A stretch of 64,000 bases of DNA. It comes from Tubulanus polymorphus (lineage: Eukaryota; Animalia; Nemertea). The position numbers and the translations under genes were made by a program. Below, piece after piece: positions 10,188-21,953 of the stretch. Under the pieces are notes generated by a model, which had not been told where the DNA came from, did not search any database, and saw only the letters and a program-made list of their open reading frames with translations. Numbering within the stretch: the stretch's first letter is position 1; the number at the start of each line of letters is the position of its first letter. The stretch spans positions 7,505,093 to 7,569,092 of the forward strand of contig NC_134036.1 of assembly GCF_964204645.1 (NCBI RefSeq). Direction: 5' to 3'.

Positions 10188-11435
10188 TTAATACATAACA
10201 CTATCTAATTGTGAATTTACAATATTTAATTGTGCGTCAGATATAATATAAATGTGCATTTTAAAATTTTTGATTCCCTTTTTCTTTTTCATGAATAATT
10301 GTATTCCATCTTTTGTATTTTGTAGTTTTTTTCCAGAACCATGTAATGAATTATCTTCAGTTGTTCTAAAATCTAACCATAATGCATATTTATTGCCGGT
10401 ATAATAATCAATTTGATTAATGTTACAATTTTCAAATGATTTTATTTTTTCATTCATAAAATGTTTTTTAATTTCTACCCATTGATCAATCATTCTCATT
10501 CCTTGACAAAATATTTTATTCGCTATACCTTCGATAGTTATTTCTACTTTTGTTATTTCAGGATTATAATAATTATCAACATTTATTGCACCATTAGTAT
10601 ACGTTCCAATGGTAAAAAATATTAATATACCTTTAATAGATCTTCTAGGAAAGTTAATATTCTCATTAATTATTTCATCATTTGCATTAATAGTTACAGT
10701 TTTAAATTTATCAATATAATCATATAATAATGAAAACCCTTGATTGTATTGAGTTTGAATTATACTTGAAATATTTTCATCAGTTACTGTATCATATTCT
10801 AAACATATATTCGATAATTTATAACTCATATCTTTATTAACGCTAGATATTACGATTTCATTTACAGGAGCAAATGTTATCTCAAATATAATATCTTCTT
10901 GAATTGCGTATTTATATAAAGGTGCATTATTATTTATCAATTCAAAGTCTAATGGAATTTTATATTTGCTTCCATATATACTTTTTATCAATTTATCTAC
11001 ATCATTTGTTAATATTGCGCTATTAGCTTCTGATCTTAATTTATTTTGGTTTTCTGATTGGATGCCTTGAAATATCATATTATTTCTATTTTCTTTAGTT
11101 AACCATAAATCTTTATAATGCATAAATAAATTATAATCATCTAATGAGAAAACTGTTTCCGGACCAATCTTTATAGTTAATTTTTTAATCAAATATCTTC
11201 CAACATTATCAACAACATAATTATTATTATTACCGATTACTTTTATATCGGCTGATAAATAAATACTATTTGGAACATAAAAAGTATTTTGTGTTAATCT
11301 AGGAATTCTAACATATAAAGTTTCATCGGGATTAATATTTGAAGGGTTATGAGTAATTATATGATGTGATCTTTCTGCTTTAATAGCATTAGATATTCTA
11401 TGATTCTTCGAAGGACTTATATAACTCCCACTCAT
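10188..11435 (-). CDS. Major capsid protein (double jelly-roll, putative)
   Basis: 415 aa and beta-rich. NPSNINPDETLYVRIP and LIKKLTIKIG are typical of Polinton MCP N-termini. Nearly identical to the element B copy. Confidence 0.8.
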   Translation of the reverse strand: MSGSYISPSKNHRISNAIKAERSHHIITHNPSNINPDETLYVRIPRLTQNTFYVPNSIYLSADIKVIGNNNNYVVDNVGRYLIKKLTIKIGPETVFSLDDYNLFMHYKDLWLTKENRNNMIFQGIQSENQNKLRSEANSAILTNDVDKLIKSIYGSKYKIPLDFELINNNAPLYKYAIQEDIIFEITFAPVNEIVISSVNKDMSYKLSNICLEYDTVTDENISSIIQTQYNQGFSLLYDYIDKFKTVTINANDEIINENINFPRRSIKGILIFFTIGTYTNGAINVDNYYNPEITKVEITIEGIANKIFCQGMRMIDQWVEIKKHFMNEKIKSFENCNINQIDYYTGNKYALWLDFRTTEDNSLHGSGKKLQNTKDGIQLFMKKKKGIKNFKMHIYIISDAQLNIVNSQLDSVMY

Positions 11436-12454
11436 TTATTTAACAAAAAAAATTAATTATTTATTTTTGATATCATGGTTTACTTGATATTTTTTGATAT
11501 CATGGTTTACTTGATATTTTTTGATATCATATTCACTAGCCCAAAAATAATAGCACTTACAACTGTAATTAAAAATAAAATAATATGTTCAGCAGCAAAG
11601 TTAATAATGTTTCCTGCAGATTTCAATATAAAACCAACAATTGAAGCAATAACTCCTGGCAATGCTGCAGCAGATTTTTTAGATAGTTCCCATAAATATT
11701 TTGCTAATTTCTTTAAACCATCTTTAACTTTATCTTGTATAGAATTATTACCTGGAGGTTTATCTGGTTTATTTGGAGTAGGAGTAGGAGTAGATTTCAA
11801 AGCATTTGATATTGCTAAACCAATTGTTGTAAATAACATAGTTACAGCTGTTAGAATTGAAAGAATTGTTATTCCTTCTAATTTAAATAATAACTTTATT
11901 CTGTCTTTAAATGATATTTCAGAATTTGGTTTAATCAACAAATCTTTAAAAATAACTTTTAATCTATTAATATTATAATCATATGATTTTAATAATAATT
12001 TAATTTCTTCTTTTTGTAATTCTATGTTATATTCTAAATCATCAATTTCTTTTTCTAAATATGCATTTCTTTTTTTTTAATTCAATTTCTTCAATAACTT
12101 TATTATCTCTATCTAATTTTAATTGTTCTATTTCTTTTCTTGATTTTAATAATTTATCTTCTAAAGTTCTAATTTTTAAATCTCTTATACTTTTATCATG
12201 CGCAATTTTATCAGATGCAAGTCTTATACTAATAATTTCTTTAATTGCTTTATCAGAAAATATATTTAAATCTTCTAATTCTTGTTTTGTTGCATCAATT
12301 AATCCATTCGGTAAAAGTTTTTCAATTGGAATTTTATTTGATTTAAGTTTACTAGTTTTGGAAGTTATATTCTGTTCAGAACTTGTTTCTGGTTCTAAAT
12401 TATTATCGATTGTTTCAAATAATTCATTAATTCTTTGTTTAAATACTCTTTCAT

Positions 12455-12705
12455 GAGACGAGAAGATACACAATATCCGTGTAAGGAGATAACAAGAGAA
12501 ATCCCACAATAAGTTCAGCCAAAACGAGAAACTTGAATAGAAGAGTTATATATATTTGCGCAACGTTTCGGCTAAAGACTATTAGCCATCATCAGGCGTA
12601 CTGATGATGGCTAATAGTCTTTAGCCGAAACGTTGCGCAAATATATATAACTCTTCTATTCAAGTTTCTCGTTTTGGCTGAACTTATTGTGGGATTTCTC
12701 TTGTT
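12455..12705. mobile_element. Penelope-like element pLTR fragment in inverted (palindromic) arrangement
   Basis: 107-bp perfect inverted repeat (12489-12595 / 12601-12707), flanking duplication ATACTCTTTCAT (12443-12454 / 12706-12717), and a hammerhead core in each arm. Confidence 0.8.
12556..12600 (-). ncRNA. Minimal type I hammerhead ribozyme (mirror copy on + strand at 12601-12640)
   Basis: CGC-CUGAUGA-UGGCUA(auagucuu)UAGCC-GAAAC-GUU-GCG. The core boxes, stem II and a short stem I are all visible. Confidence 0.75.
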
Positions 12706-13262
12706 ATACTCTTTCATTTTTAATAATTTCTTCTTGTGATACATCTTCTATTTCATTACTATTTCTTATTCTCTTAATTCTAGATAGTAATGAGTCAGAC
12801 TTAAGCAAAGTTGATTCTGCTAATATTTTGTTTTGTTTTTTATAAGAGATATCAATATAATAATCATCTTTCAAATGATAATAATATTCACCATCTAAAA
12901 ACTTTAATTCTTGTACTAAAAGTCTGGCGCCTCTGGCATTTATATTATATCCAGATTTTTCAAATATAGGTTTGAAATTATAAATATATTCATTATATTC
13001 TAAATTTTGTTTTACTAAATCTGGATTTTCATTTTCAGGATTTATTCTCGATCTAGTTCTTCTATCAAATTCATCTGTTGATTGACCTTTAGAACCACTA
13101 TCTGCTAAATTAGAATTATATGCTGATTCATCATTATTATCAATATTAGTTTCATTAAAATCGGGTTGTGGTTCATCATCAATATATCCTTCATTATTAT
13201 TTCCCATTTCTCCCATTTCATAATCTTCTCCACCTTCTACATCCATTTACATAATAAAAAAA

Positions 13263-14651
13263 TTAAAATTTAAAATATAATATTCCTCCGATTACAATTC
13301 CTATACAAGTTATAGCTAATTTAGTATTTTCATGGGATTTATTATCATCATTTAGTTTAATTATATCATGTTGAATTTTATCAGTTCTATTATTTTCTGA
13401 TGTATTGTAATCTTTTATTTTGGAATCATTAACCAATTTAATATTCTTAGTTTTAGTTTCTGTTGATTGAATGTGTTTTTTATTTTTTTCACCTTCCATT
13501 AATTTTGGAGCAGTAATAATCTTTTTATTTATATTATTTAATCCAAATGAATTATTTATTGTTGCAGTTTTAATTAGATTATTATAACCAATTATGTTTC
13601 CCATCTTTAATACTAAATCATTAGAAATAATTAATAGATTAGGGCCTATACAATAATTAAGTCTTACATGAGATTTATCTAAATAATTTTGATATCTTAT
13701 AATGTTTTCTGGAATCGATCTATTTTTATCATTATGAATTGAATCTTCAAATAAAACTTTAAATTGTTTTTGTGTATCGAATGATGTATTCAAATTTCCA
13801 ATTATCGGTGATCTTGTTTCAACTTGCGCACCTAAAATACATATCAAATAAGTTCTAATAGATTGATTTATTCTTTCTATACCTGATTTAGTAAAACCTT
13901 CACTATTCTCTAAAATAAAATAAACCCAACCATTATTGTTTTCTTGTTTTAAATGATCATAAAATTTCGGTAATTTATTAAAATTTAATGTTTCTAAATC
14001 CTTTGTTTCTATTTTACCATAACCTAATTTATTATTATAGATATTATAAAAACTATTAGATGGTATGGGAAGTGCACAATATTCTGCAATCTCCCTAGGG
14101 CATGGAAGTGATCTTATTGTTCCAATTTTTGTTCTAAAATCAGAATTATTTATATCTATATTAAATTCATTGCAAATTTTATAAAACTTAGATAAATTAA
14201 TATTATTATCCATTTCTTTAAAATATCTTGATCCTGGTAAAGCGCACTCTAATTCATTTAATATTATTCTGATTTGAAAGTATGTATGAAATCTAAATAA
14301 ACTTTGAATTAATTTATATTTAGAATTATTCAAATGATCATTCCAACTAATTCCACAACCTGTTGTTGCACAATAAACAGCAAAATTTAATTGATTCTGC
14401 CAATACTTCATATTAGATTTTAATAACCATTGTTTTTCATCTTTCAATTTTTTAAAATTAATTAAATATACATGAAATATATTTTCCATCTTTGCATTAA
14501 AATTATTAGTTTCAGTAACATAAATTTCTAAATTAGTTAATGAATCTAAAACTTCATTTCTATATGTAATATCTTTATTAAAATCTATTGCTGGAATATT
14601 ATATTTAATTGATTTATTATATTGGAAAGCTTTTGGGCAACTATCTACCAT
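13263..14651 (-). CDS. Polinton conserved protein, 462 aa, with C-terminal membrane anchor
   Basis: WQNQLNFAVYCATTGCGISW motif and terminal LAITCIGIVIGGILYF. Homologue in element B. Confidence 0.85.
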   Translation of the reverse strand: MVDSCPKAFQYNKSIKYNIPAIDFNKDITYRNEVLDSLTNLEIYVTETNNFNAKMENIFHVYLINFKKLKDEKQWLLKSNMKYWQNQLNFAVYCATTGCGISWNDHLNNSKYKLIQSLFRFHTYFQIRIILNELECALPGSRYFKEMDNNINLSKFYKICNEFNIDINNSDFRTKIGTIRSLPCPREIAEYCALPIPSNSFYNIYNNKLGYGKIETKDLETLNFNKLPKFYDHLKQENNNGWVYFILENSEGFTKSGIERINQSIRTYLICILGAQVETRSPIIGNLNTSFDTQKQFKVLFEDSIHNDKNRSIPENIIRYQNYLDKSHVRLNYCIGPNLLIISNDLVLKMGNIIGYNNLIKTATINNSFGLNNINKKIITAPKLMEGEKNKKHIQSTETKTKNIKLVNDSKIKDYNTSENNRTDKIQHDIIKLNDDNKSHENTKLAITCIGIVIGGILYFKF

Positions 14652-14667
14652 TTATATAATTAAAAAA

Positions 14668-15102
14668 TTAATAATTTATTAATTCTTTTAATAATTTATC
14701 TTGTTCTTCAACTGTTATATGACCATTTAAACTTATTATATAATCTAGTGTATTCTTTAATTTATTAATTTCTTTTATATTAGTTTTGATTTTTTCTTTA
14801 TTACTTTTTATATTTAATTTTGAACTTATACCAGTTAAAACACTTGAACTTAATCCTAATACACCAATTGATATAGCTAAAGGTGTTAATGGGCTGAATA
14901 TTGCTAGAAATGTTATTACAGAACTAATTGTAACCGAACCACTTATAATCAAATAATATATAATTTTACTTTTTAAATATTTTTTCTTTTTTATCTTTAA
15001 GTCACTTTCAAATTCTAATATTTGTTTTTCTAAATATGTTTTTAATTTAGTTTTATTTATATCATGAGGAATAATATCAATACTATCAACTTTATCTTCC
15101 AT
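14668..15102 (-). CDS. Two-TM coiled-coil protein, 144 aa
   Basis: Hydrophobic hairpin flanked by Lys-rich helices. One difference from the element B copy. Confidence 0.85.
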   Translation of the reverse strand: MEDKVDSIDIIPHDINKTKLKTYLEKQILEFESDLKIKKKKYLKSKIIYYLIISGSVTISSVITFLAIFSPLTPLAISIGVLGLSSSVLTGISSKLNIKSNKEKIKTNIKEINKLKNTLDYIISLNGHITVEEQDKLLKELINY

Positions 15103-15121
15103 TTATTTAGAATAAAAATTA

Positions 15122-15544
15122 CTAATTAGTAAACTTATAAGCAACAAATATAACAATAACAGTTCCACCTAAAATCCATATTATTTCATATTTCTGTTGT
15201 TCTTTACTTGGGGTATAATAATCTGATAATTTAGGTTTGTATAGATGTAATTTTTCTTTATTTGTTACTGCGTTATATAAACTCATTGCATCATCAACTG
15301 ATTGAAAATCTCTATGTGAAATCTTCTGATCATATAATTCTTTATTGATGTAATCCATATAGTTTTGCCTCTTTTCTCTATATTCTTCTGCAGCTTTATT
15401 GTATTTCTCTAACGCTAAGTTATGTCTTCTTTGTTCTCCTAATGAACTATTTTTATCAATATGTTTAAATAAATATCCACCACCAGTAAATGCTAAAGCG
15501 TTAACAATTGCCGATCCTATAATAGTTATAATTGCAGAAGCCAT
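15122..15544 (-). CDS. Membrane protein, 140 aa, with hydrophobic N- and C-termini
   Basis: MASAIITIIGSAIVNALAFTGGGYLF ... IIWILGGTVIVIFVAY. Confidence 0.85.
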   Translation of the reverse strand: MASAIITIIGSAIVNALAFTGGGYLFKHIDKNSSLGEQRRHNLALEKYNKAAEEYREKRQNYMDYINKELYDQKISHRDFQSVDDAMSLYNAVTNKEKLHLYKPKLSDYYTPSKEQQKYEIIWILGGTVIVIFVAYKFTN

Positions 15545-15572
15545 TTATTTAGCAAAAAAAATTATATATTTC

Positions 15573-15794
15573 TTATATGGGAGGAATATATTTTTGTTTT
15601 TCTAAATAATCAATAGTTAAATTAGATAAAGTAACTGCTAATGTTAACTTTAAAATATCATTTATATCAAATCTATCAACATTAACACTTCCCATTTTGA
15701 ATACTTTTTTTAATACCATTGAATAACCAACAGTTCCAACTGATAGTAATGCGCCATTATATAATCCAGTTATTATCCACTTATTATCACTCAT
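15573..15794 (-). CDS. Small hydrophobic protein, 73 aa
   Basis: Identical to element B 38164-38385. TAAATG start. Confidence 0.8.
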   Translation of the reverse strand: MSDNKWIITGLYNGALLSVGTVGYSMVLKKVFKMGSVNVDRFDINDILKLTLAVTLSNLTIDYLEKQKYIPPI

Positions 15795-16136
15795 TTATTT
15801 ATCAAAAAAATTACTATCTTCAAAATATTTAGTTAACTTATTTATGATTAATTCAACATTTATTTTATTACTAGTTTTATGATTATCATATATTTTGGAT
15901 AATATGTTTTTAATATCATCAATAATTCCATCTTCATTTAATTCATAATATTCTAAAGGTGATTTAATTAAATCAATTACTTTTTCTATATTATACTTTT
16001 CTTTATCAATCATTGATGCATTGTTAAATGATTTACTTTTTATATCAGTAATTACATCATTTAGTTTAATTCTCATTTCTTTACCATGTTTAAAATCAAA
16101 CCCAAAACATATACTCGGTCCAACAGTTATATTCAT
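15795..16136 (-). CDS. Hypothetical protein, 113 aa
   Basis: Syntenic homologue of 37816-38163. Confidence 0.75.
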   Translation of the reverse strand: MNITVGPSICFGFDFKHGKEMRIKLNDVITDIKSKSFNNASMIDKEKYNIEKVIDLIKSPLEYYELNEDGIIDDIKNILSKIYDNHKTSNKINVELIINKLTKYFEDSNFFDK

Positions 16137-16153
16137 TTATATAGTGAAAAAAA

Positions 16154-16915
16154 TTACTCTTTACATCTTATAACTAATTCATAAATTACAGGGAAATTAT
16201 TTAAATCAATTAAGTATCCATTATGATTTCTAATTTCTAATCTAAAATTATTAAAACTAGGAATGCATGGTTTGAAATCACATTCTGTTAAATTATAATT
16301 TATTTGCGTTCCAAATTCTTTAACATTCTTCAATGGTAAAATGTTTAGTAAACCAGAATTACAAGTTATATCTTTAGTTGCTTCGAATGTTTTTGTAGGA
16401 TCAATTAAATTGCAATAAATATAAAAATGTGTGTAAGGTATTAAGTTTGGTGTAGTAGCGTCAATATTTGTAAAAGATCTATCTGGAAGAATTCCTAACA
16501 GTTTAGCTATAGGTTTTTTTACCATAAGTTTATGTTTTTCACTATTAGACAACCTTATCTTTATTCTATCAGAACTCTCACTTTTTAAAAATCTAATACT
16601 AAACCCAGAACTACTACCTAAATTGTGCCAGGCTTTTCTATTAATTTCTTGTGCTAATGTATCTAAATTATATAACCCTGGTTTTAAATATATATAGACC
16701 CATTCATTTTTATTTCTAATATTAATTAAAATGACTCTATGTTCAATAGACTTATCCGATACATTGTAAAAAGAATTACATAAACTTATATTAACTAATT
16801 TCAAATCTACACAATTCTTGAATTCTCTATCTAATTGTACTAGTAAATTATGTGATTTATAATTTGTAAGTTTTCTAGAATCAACAAATATTCTGTATTC
16901 TTTTAATTCTACCAT
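16154..16915 (-). CDS. Minor capsid protein (penton, single jelly-roll, putative)
   Basis: IFVDSR, PGLYN, FYIYCNLI and LEIRNHNGYLIDLNN..YEL form the pattern typical of Polinton mCP. Confidence 0.8.
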   Translation of the reverse strand: MVELKEYRIFVDSRKLTNYKSHNLLVQLDREFKNCVDLKLVNISLCNSFYNVSDKSIEHRVILINIRNKNEWVYIYLKPGLYNLDTLAQEINRKAWHNLGSSSGFSIRFLKSESSDRIKIRLSNSEKHKLMVKKPIAKLLGILPDRSFTNIDATTPNLIPYTHFYIYCNLIDPTKTFEATKDITCNSGLLNILPLKNVKEFGTQINYNLTECDFKPCIPSFNNFRLEIRNHNGYLIDLNNFPVIYELVIRCKE

Positions 16916-16930
16916 TTATTTTACATATTT

Positions 16931-17272
16931 TCATTCAAAATCAATATCGTGGTGCCCTTTTTCATTCTTACCTTTGTATACGAAATAGAAATCTCCAGAA
17001 CATAATTCTTCTAGATCTTCACTTGATAATCTATGAAATCTATCTGGTAAATAAGTTCTGAATTTATATGTATTTCCATTTAATCCTTCATATTCTAAGT
17101 GTATAACTAATTTATCTCCATATTTATTAGTAATTGTTTCAATGTTAGTAATTAAATATTTCTTGTGAATTGTTAACTCAGTTAGTTTTTTAAATTTATA
17201 ATCTACAGATTTGACGCTTGAAGTATCTTTAATTCTATCTAAGAATTCACTGTGTACTTGTTTACTCTCCAT
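16931..17272 (-). CDS. Conserved hypothetical protein, 113 aa, directly after pPolB
   Basis: Near-identical in element B. Aromatic and basic beta-strand pattern (TNKYGDKLV, YLPDRF). Function not assignable by eye. Confidence 0.75.
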   Translation of the reverse strand: MESKQVHSEFLDRIKDTSSVKSVDYKFKKLTELTIHKKYLITNIETITNKYGDKLVIHLEYEGLNGNTYKFRTYLPDRFHRLSSEDLEELCSGDFYFVYKGKNEKGHHDIDFE

Positions 17273-17300
17273 TTATTATACAAATTTTTATTGAAATTGA

Positions 17301-20300
17301 TTAACACGCTAGAATCCTTTTCATAATCTCATTTTCTTTTGTTTCTTCTCTTTTGAATTTTATATATTCATCTAAATTGCAACCATAGGCGACTGTGTGG
17401 ATTCCATCATCTAAAATATATCTTTTATCATCAAATGGGTTTAGACTTATCTTCTCTATCTCTTCAATATACATTTCATGATCTTCAGATCTTAAACATT
17501 TCATCTTATGTTTTCTAACTTCTTCATTAAATATACAATTGATGTAATCTTTAAAATGAATATTCTTTTCAACAACGCTTTTGGTAATTCCTTTTAACTT
17601 TTTAGCTTCATGAGTTTTGGTTTTATATGAATACATTTTAGATCTAATACCAATGAACTCTATCATTTCTTCACCACCTAATTCATCCTTAAACTTCCCA
17701 GGAACTTTTTTATTATCATTGCTAAACAATTCATGATTTTTAGGATAATTACTAAAATCAAAATGGTGTTTTAATGTTTTTAAATCATCTGTTATGTTAT
17801 CAGTTTTTATCTTTAATATGTAACTGTCGGTATCAAAGTATAGAATTTCTATGTGTTTTTCTCCAAAATGGGGTTGTAATATGTTATAGTAAAATTTATA
17901 CATTAATAATTTTGAAATTTCTAGAACTGATGCACCAACATAAATAGGTTTATTGAACTTCATTGAAGTTCTTTTCATTTTAACTGCTGCTAAATTTTCA
18001 TCAAATATTCTGTTACCTATAAACTTAGGATATGATTGTAAATGCCTAATTCTTTTACCATTACTGACTAACTCGATATCATTTCTATTTCTTATGTTTT
18101 CACAAGTTTTTCCATAGAACGCATTGTTCATTAACTTGAAGAAATCTTTTTCAAAATCAGTTTTAGATTTAGTTCTCTGTGTAGTATTAAAATCTATATA
18201 TTTTTCTAACCATTTAGATTGACTGAATGAAATATATCTATGTACTTTTTTTAATATCATTCCTTGATTCAAATAAAACTTCAACATTCTATAATGCACA
18301 ACGTAATTATATTTATCTTCTTGAGTTACCATTAACTTTTCAGTATGAATATGATTATCAGGTTTAATTCTTTTTTGATAATTTGATAATTCTTCATGTT
18401 TAACAGTTTTATGTTCGGGACAATATGCTAGATTTCTAGATTTGAATTTAATATTTTCGGGGTATTCTAAATCTACAACAAAGAAGTAACCAGTATCTGA
18501 ATCATCTGCAATATCTAGAATTCTTTTCTTCCAATCAAATTTATCAATTTGTAAAACTTCAGTTATTTCAAACATCCCATAAGGTTGTGGTTCCATCATT
18601 GCCCAACCATAAAGATTATTTGCATCTATGTATAATAATTTATATCCAGGATTATCATTTACATTGAAATATCTATCACCCAATACACCTGAAACACCTC
18701 CTCTTATAGATTTTTCAAATAATAGTAATTGATCTATATTTGTTAACAAATCCATTTTTATATCTGTAAATTTTAATCCACAATCCCATGTTAATCCTGG
18801 TGATGAATAACAATGACAAGGATCAATATTGAAATATTTTAGGTTTACATCTCTAAACCTTTCGAATATATCGGTTGATAATAATACATCTGATTTTAAA
18901 TATAAATCTACTAATTGCCCATGATTTTCTATTTTGAAATGATTCCAAATATTCAATGTTCTATTATAAACTTCATCTTTAACATATTCATTTTTTAATT
19001 CATCATAAAATTGTTCTTTTAATAATTCAGTTATTTTAAAATCATAATGATTTTTATAGAAAGAATATGGAATTGCTCCTTTATATCTCATTAATTGAAA
19101 ATCATCATTATTTGGGTAATATTCTTTTCATATCTTTAATTCATCATCAACCAATGATTTTGATAAGTTATCTAATGAACTACTTAAAAATCTATATGAA
19201 TCTATAAATCTTAAGCATCCAAATTGGAAAGATATATAATTCTCAGATGTTTTAGCTAACATTCTAAATTTATAAGTTGGTATTTTATCTTTTGATCTAT
19301 TTGAATTAAAATATTTCTATTTCATTATTGATTTCTTCTATTTTATGACATAACTGTTTGATAAATAAATGTGCATCATATCCTGATAGATTATGAAATA
19401 TAACTGGTACAAAGTTAATTTTCTTAGCTTGTAAGTTACAATTCTCATGTGCAGCGCCTCTAAACTTTCCATTCAAATGATTATGGTCTCTTACTTTTTT
19501 ATCTTTATAATTAAATATCTTTTCACAATAATAACATTTATCTGCAAACTCAAATTCTTCTTTATCTTCTTCTGTCATAATTATTTCTTTATTTGTATTC
19601 AATAATTTACTAAATCTTATTTCATATTCAATTAATAAGTCACAAAAATGATTGATAACATTTTCATTTCTATAATTATAATATTCACTTTCGATTAGTT
19701 CTGGATAATTAGATTTAATATATAACCCGAAAGCTGCAGCTGATTGATGAATCTTTTTAATAGTATTTGTTATTGGTGGTTCATCTGAATAATCACTTTC
19801 ATTAGAATTTAATTTCTTTCTTTTATAATATATATCTTTTCTGTCTTTATCTGTTAATTCTTTATTTAATGATTCAAAATCTCCATATATTACAAATGGT
19901 ACTTTATTTTTGTAATCATATTTTTTGAATTCTAATATTTTATCTTTTTCATTTGGTAAAACTAATTTACAATAATCATGATTATCACATAGTTGTTTAT
20001 GATTTAATAATGTACTTTCATTACTGAATCTATGTAACATTTTCTACATAGATATATTTTATGGTGATCATTTTTTGATTTGAAAAATAAATCTATTTGT
20101 TTAATCCACATATAATGATTCTCATAATATAGTATATCTATAACATCGTTTGAATCATAATCTTTTGATAGGTATAAAGGTTCTAATGTATAATGTTTAA
20201 TATTATTTCCTTTTGTATTTGGTAATTTAATTAAATCAAATACATTTATTTTAAGATTATTATCTCTTTCTATTTTTGGAATATTTTTAATTCTAACAGG

Positions 20301-21332
20301 ATACTTATCTATCTTATAATTATTTTCAAATTGTTTATAATGAGTTAATCTATAAGTATGTTTATTATAATCTTCAACTGGATGTAAACAACTTATTATA
20401 GCCCATAGAAAACATTTATCATCTTCATTTTGTACATTTATTACAGCATTAGTTTTAAATGGTAGTTTAATATAACTTGATGCTTCAATATCTGGTTCTT
20501 TATAATATGATAAATTATTTTCATCAATTGGTTTTGATTTAGTTAACTTATTATATTTTGTGTTATAAACATGTAAAGTTATAAATATTATCTCATCAAA
20601 TATTAAACCAGATCCTTCAAAATATTTCTCTTCTATTTTAGTTTTTACTTCATTATAACATTTATCTAATTTATCATCTATATGTTGTTTAGAAATAATA
20701 TGTTGTGAATGAGAATTTATATTATATATTGGTTTATCTTCAGATTTTATAAACTTTACTTTAGAAGATATACTTATTTTAGGATATTCAACATCTGTAA
20801 TTATTTTTATTATTTCTTTCATATTTTCTAAATGTTTTTTATTTTCTTCTAATGTTTTACCTTTATGAAATTTAAACTCGATAGCTGCTGGACCAATATC
20901 ACTTTTAAATGCTTCGGTTATCTCTATATCTTTTTTATTATCTAATGAATTAATATAATTTCTTACATCTTCCATGTATGGTCTTTTATTGTTTAATTTA
21001 TTTTTTATTCTTTTAATTGCGCTTTGTTTCTTATCGTTATCATTATCAAAATAATCTTCACCTAAAATATCATTATTCTTATTTCTAATATGACTTATAG
21101 ATTTTAAAAGTTCTTTATCATATCTTTTATCACTGAATGATTGATTACATGTATCACATTTGTATGTTTCTTTTTCATCCTTTAATTCTTCTAATTTATT
21201 TTCTAATATATCATCTTTATACTCTAGTTTCAATTTATTCTCTAAATGTGTTCTAGTTTTATTGTGTCTTGCTTTTTGGGATTTATCTATATCGATATTA
21301 CATGTTGGGCAGTAGTACTTATTTGCTTCCAT
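17301..21332 (-). pseudogene. polB: Protein-primed family B DNA polymerase, disrupted
   Basis: Pieces 20004-21332, 19306-20040 and 17301-19091. Frameshifts near 20035 and 19310 and a TGA at 19128-19130 relative to element B. Motifs YIDANNLY, KLMNNAFYGK and YFDTDS. Confidence 0.95.
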
Positions 21333-21679
21333 TTTAATACTAAATTTTTTATTAAAATTGATTTTAGAAGTTCAATGATTTAAATGTTATTCATTTATAT
21401 GAATATTTTAAGAGTAATAGGGGTAATGGGCTTTCAGGCTAAAGGTTGAACGGGCGGGTGAGTAAAAATGAAAAACATAAAAATAATAACAATTTCTACT
21501 TGAATTAGGAGTGAAACTCATAAAATGAAAAATAAATTCGAGCGTGTGAGAATTTATTTTTCATTTTTATGAGTTTTGCGAGTAATTCAAGTAGAAATTG
21601 TTATTATTTTTATGTTTTTTCATTTTTTACGAGCTCGACCGTTCGACCTTTGGCCTGAAAGCCCATTACCCCTATTACT
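21223..21679 (-). repeat. Right TIR of element A (21413-21679 is an internal fold-back)
   Basis: Inverted copy of 3073-3528. Confidence 0.95.
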
Positions 21680-21953
21680 GATGCAAATAATCTATATGGT
21701 TGGGCAATGATGGAACCACAGCCTTTTGGAGTATTTCAAATAACTGAAATTTTACAGCACGAAAATGTTGATAAATTTGATTAGAAGAAAATAATTCTAG
21801 ATATTGCAGATGATTCAGTTACTGGTTACTGTTTTGTTGTAGACTTGGAATATCCTGAACATAAAAAATTTAAATCTAGAAATCTAGCTTACTGCCCCGA
21901 ACATAAAACTGTAACACAAAAAGGATTATCAAATTATCAAAAAAGAATTAAAC
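21680..21953 (+). pseudogene. polB: Degenerate pPolB fragment of the older Polinton, 3' continuation
   Basis: Reads DANNLYGWAMMEPQPFG...FVVDLEYPE...LAYCPEHK and continues exactly from 3072. Cut off by the satellite. Confidence 0.93.

Larger units (their letters stand above)
11507..13246 (-). pseudogene. Coiled-coil membrane protein (homologue of 40623-42086), disrupted
   Basis: Split into 12704-13246, 12042-12509 and 11507-11941 by a 251-bp insertion and a frameshift at the poly-T near 12070. Confidence 0.9.
3073..21679 (-). mobile_element. Polinton/Maverick element A, 18.6 kb, full length but defective
   Basis: Termini AGTAATAGGGG...CCCCTATTACT, 6-bp TSD GATGCA (3067-3072 and 21680-21685), ~457-bp TIRs, and pPolB, INT, ATPase, MCP and mCP genes. 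Confidence 0.97.
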
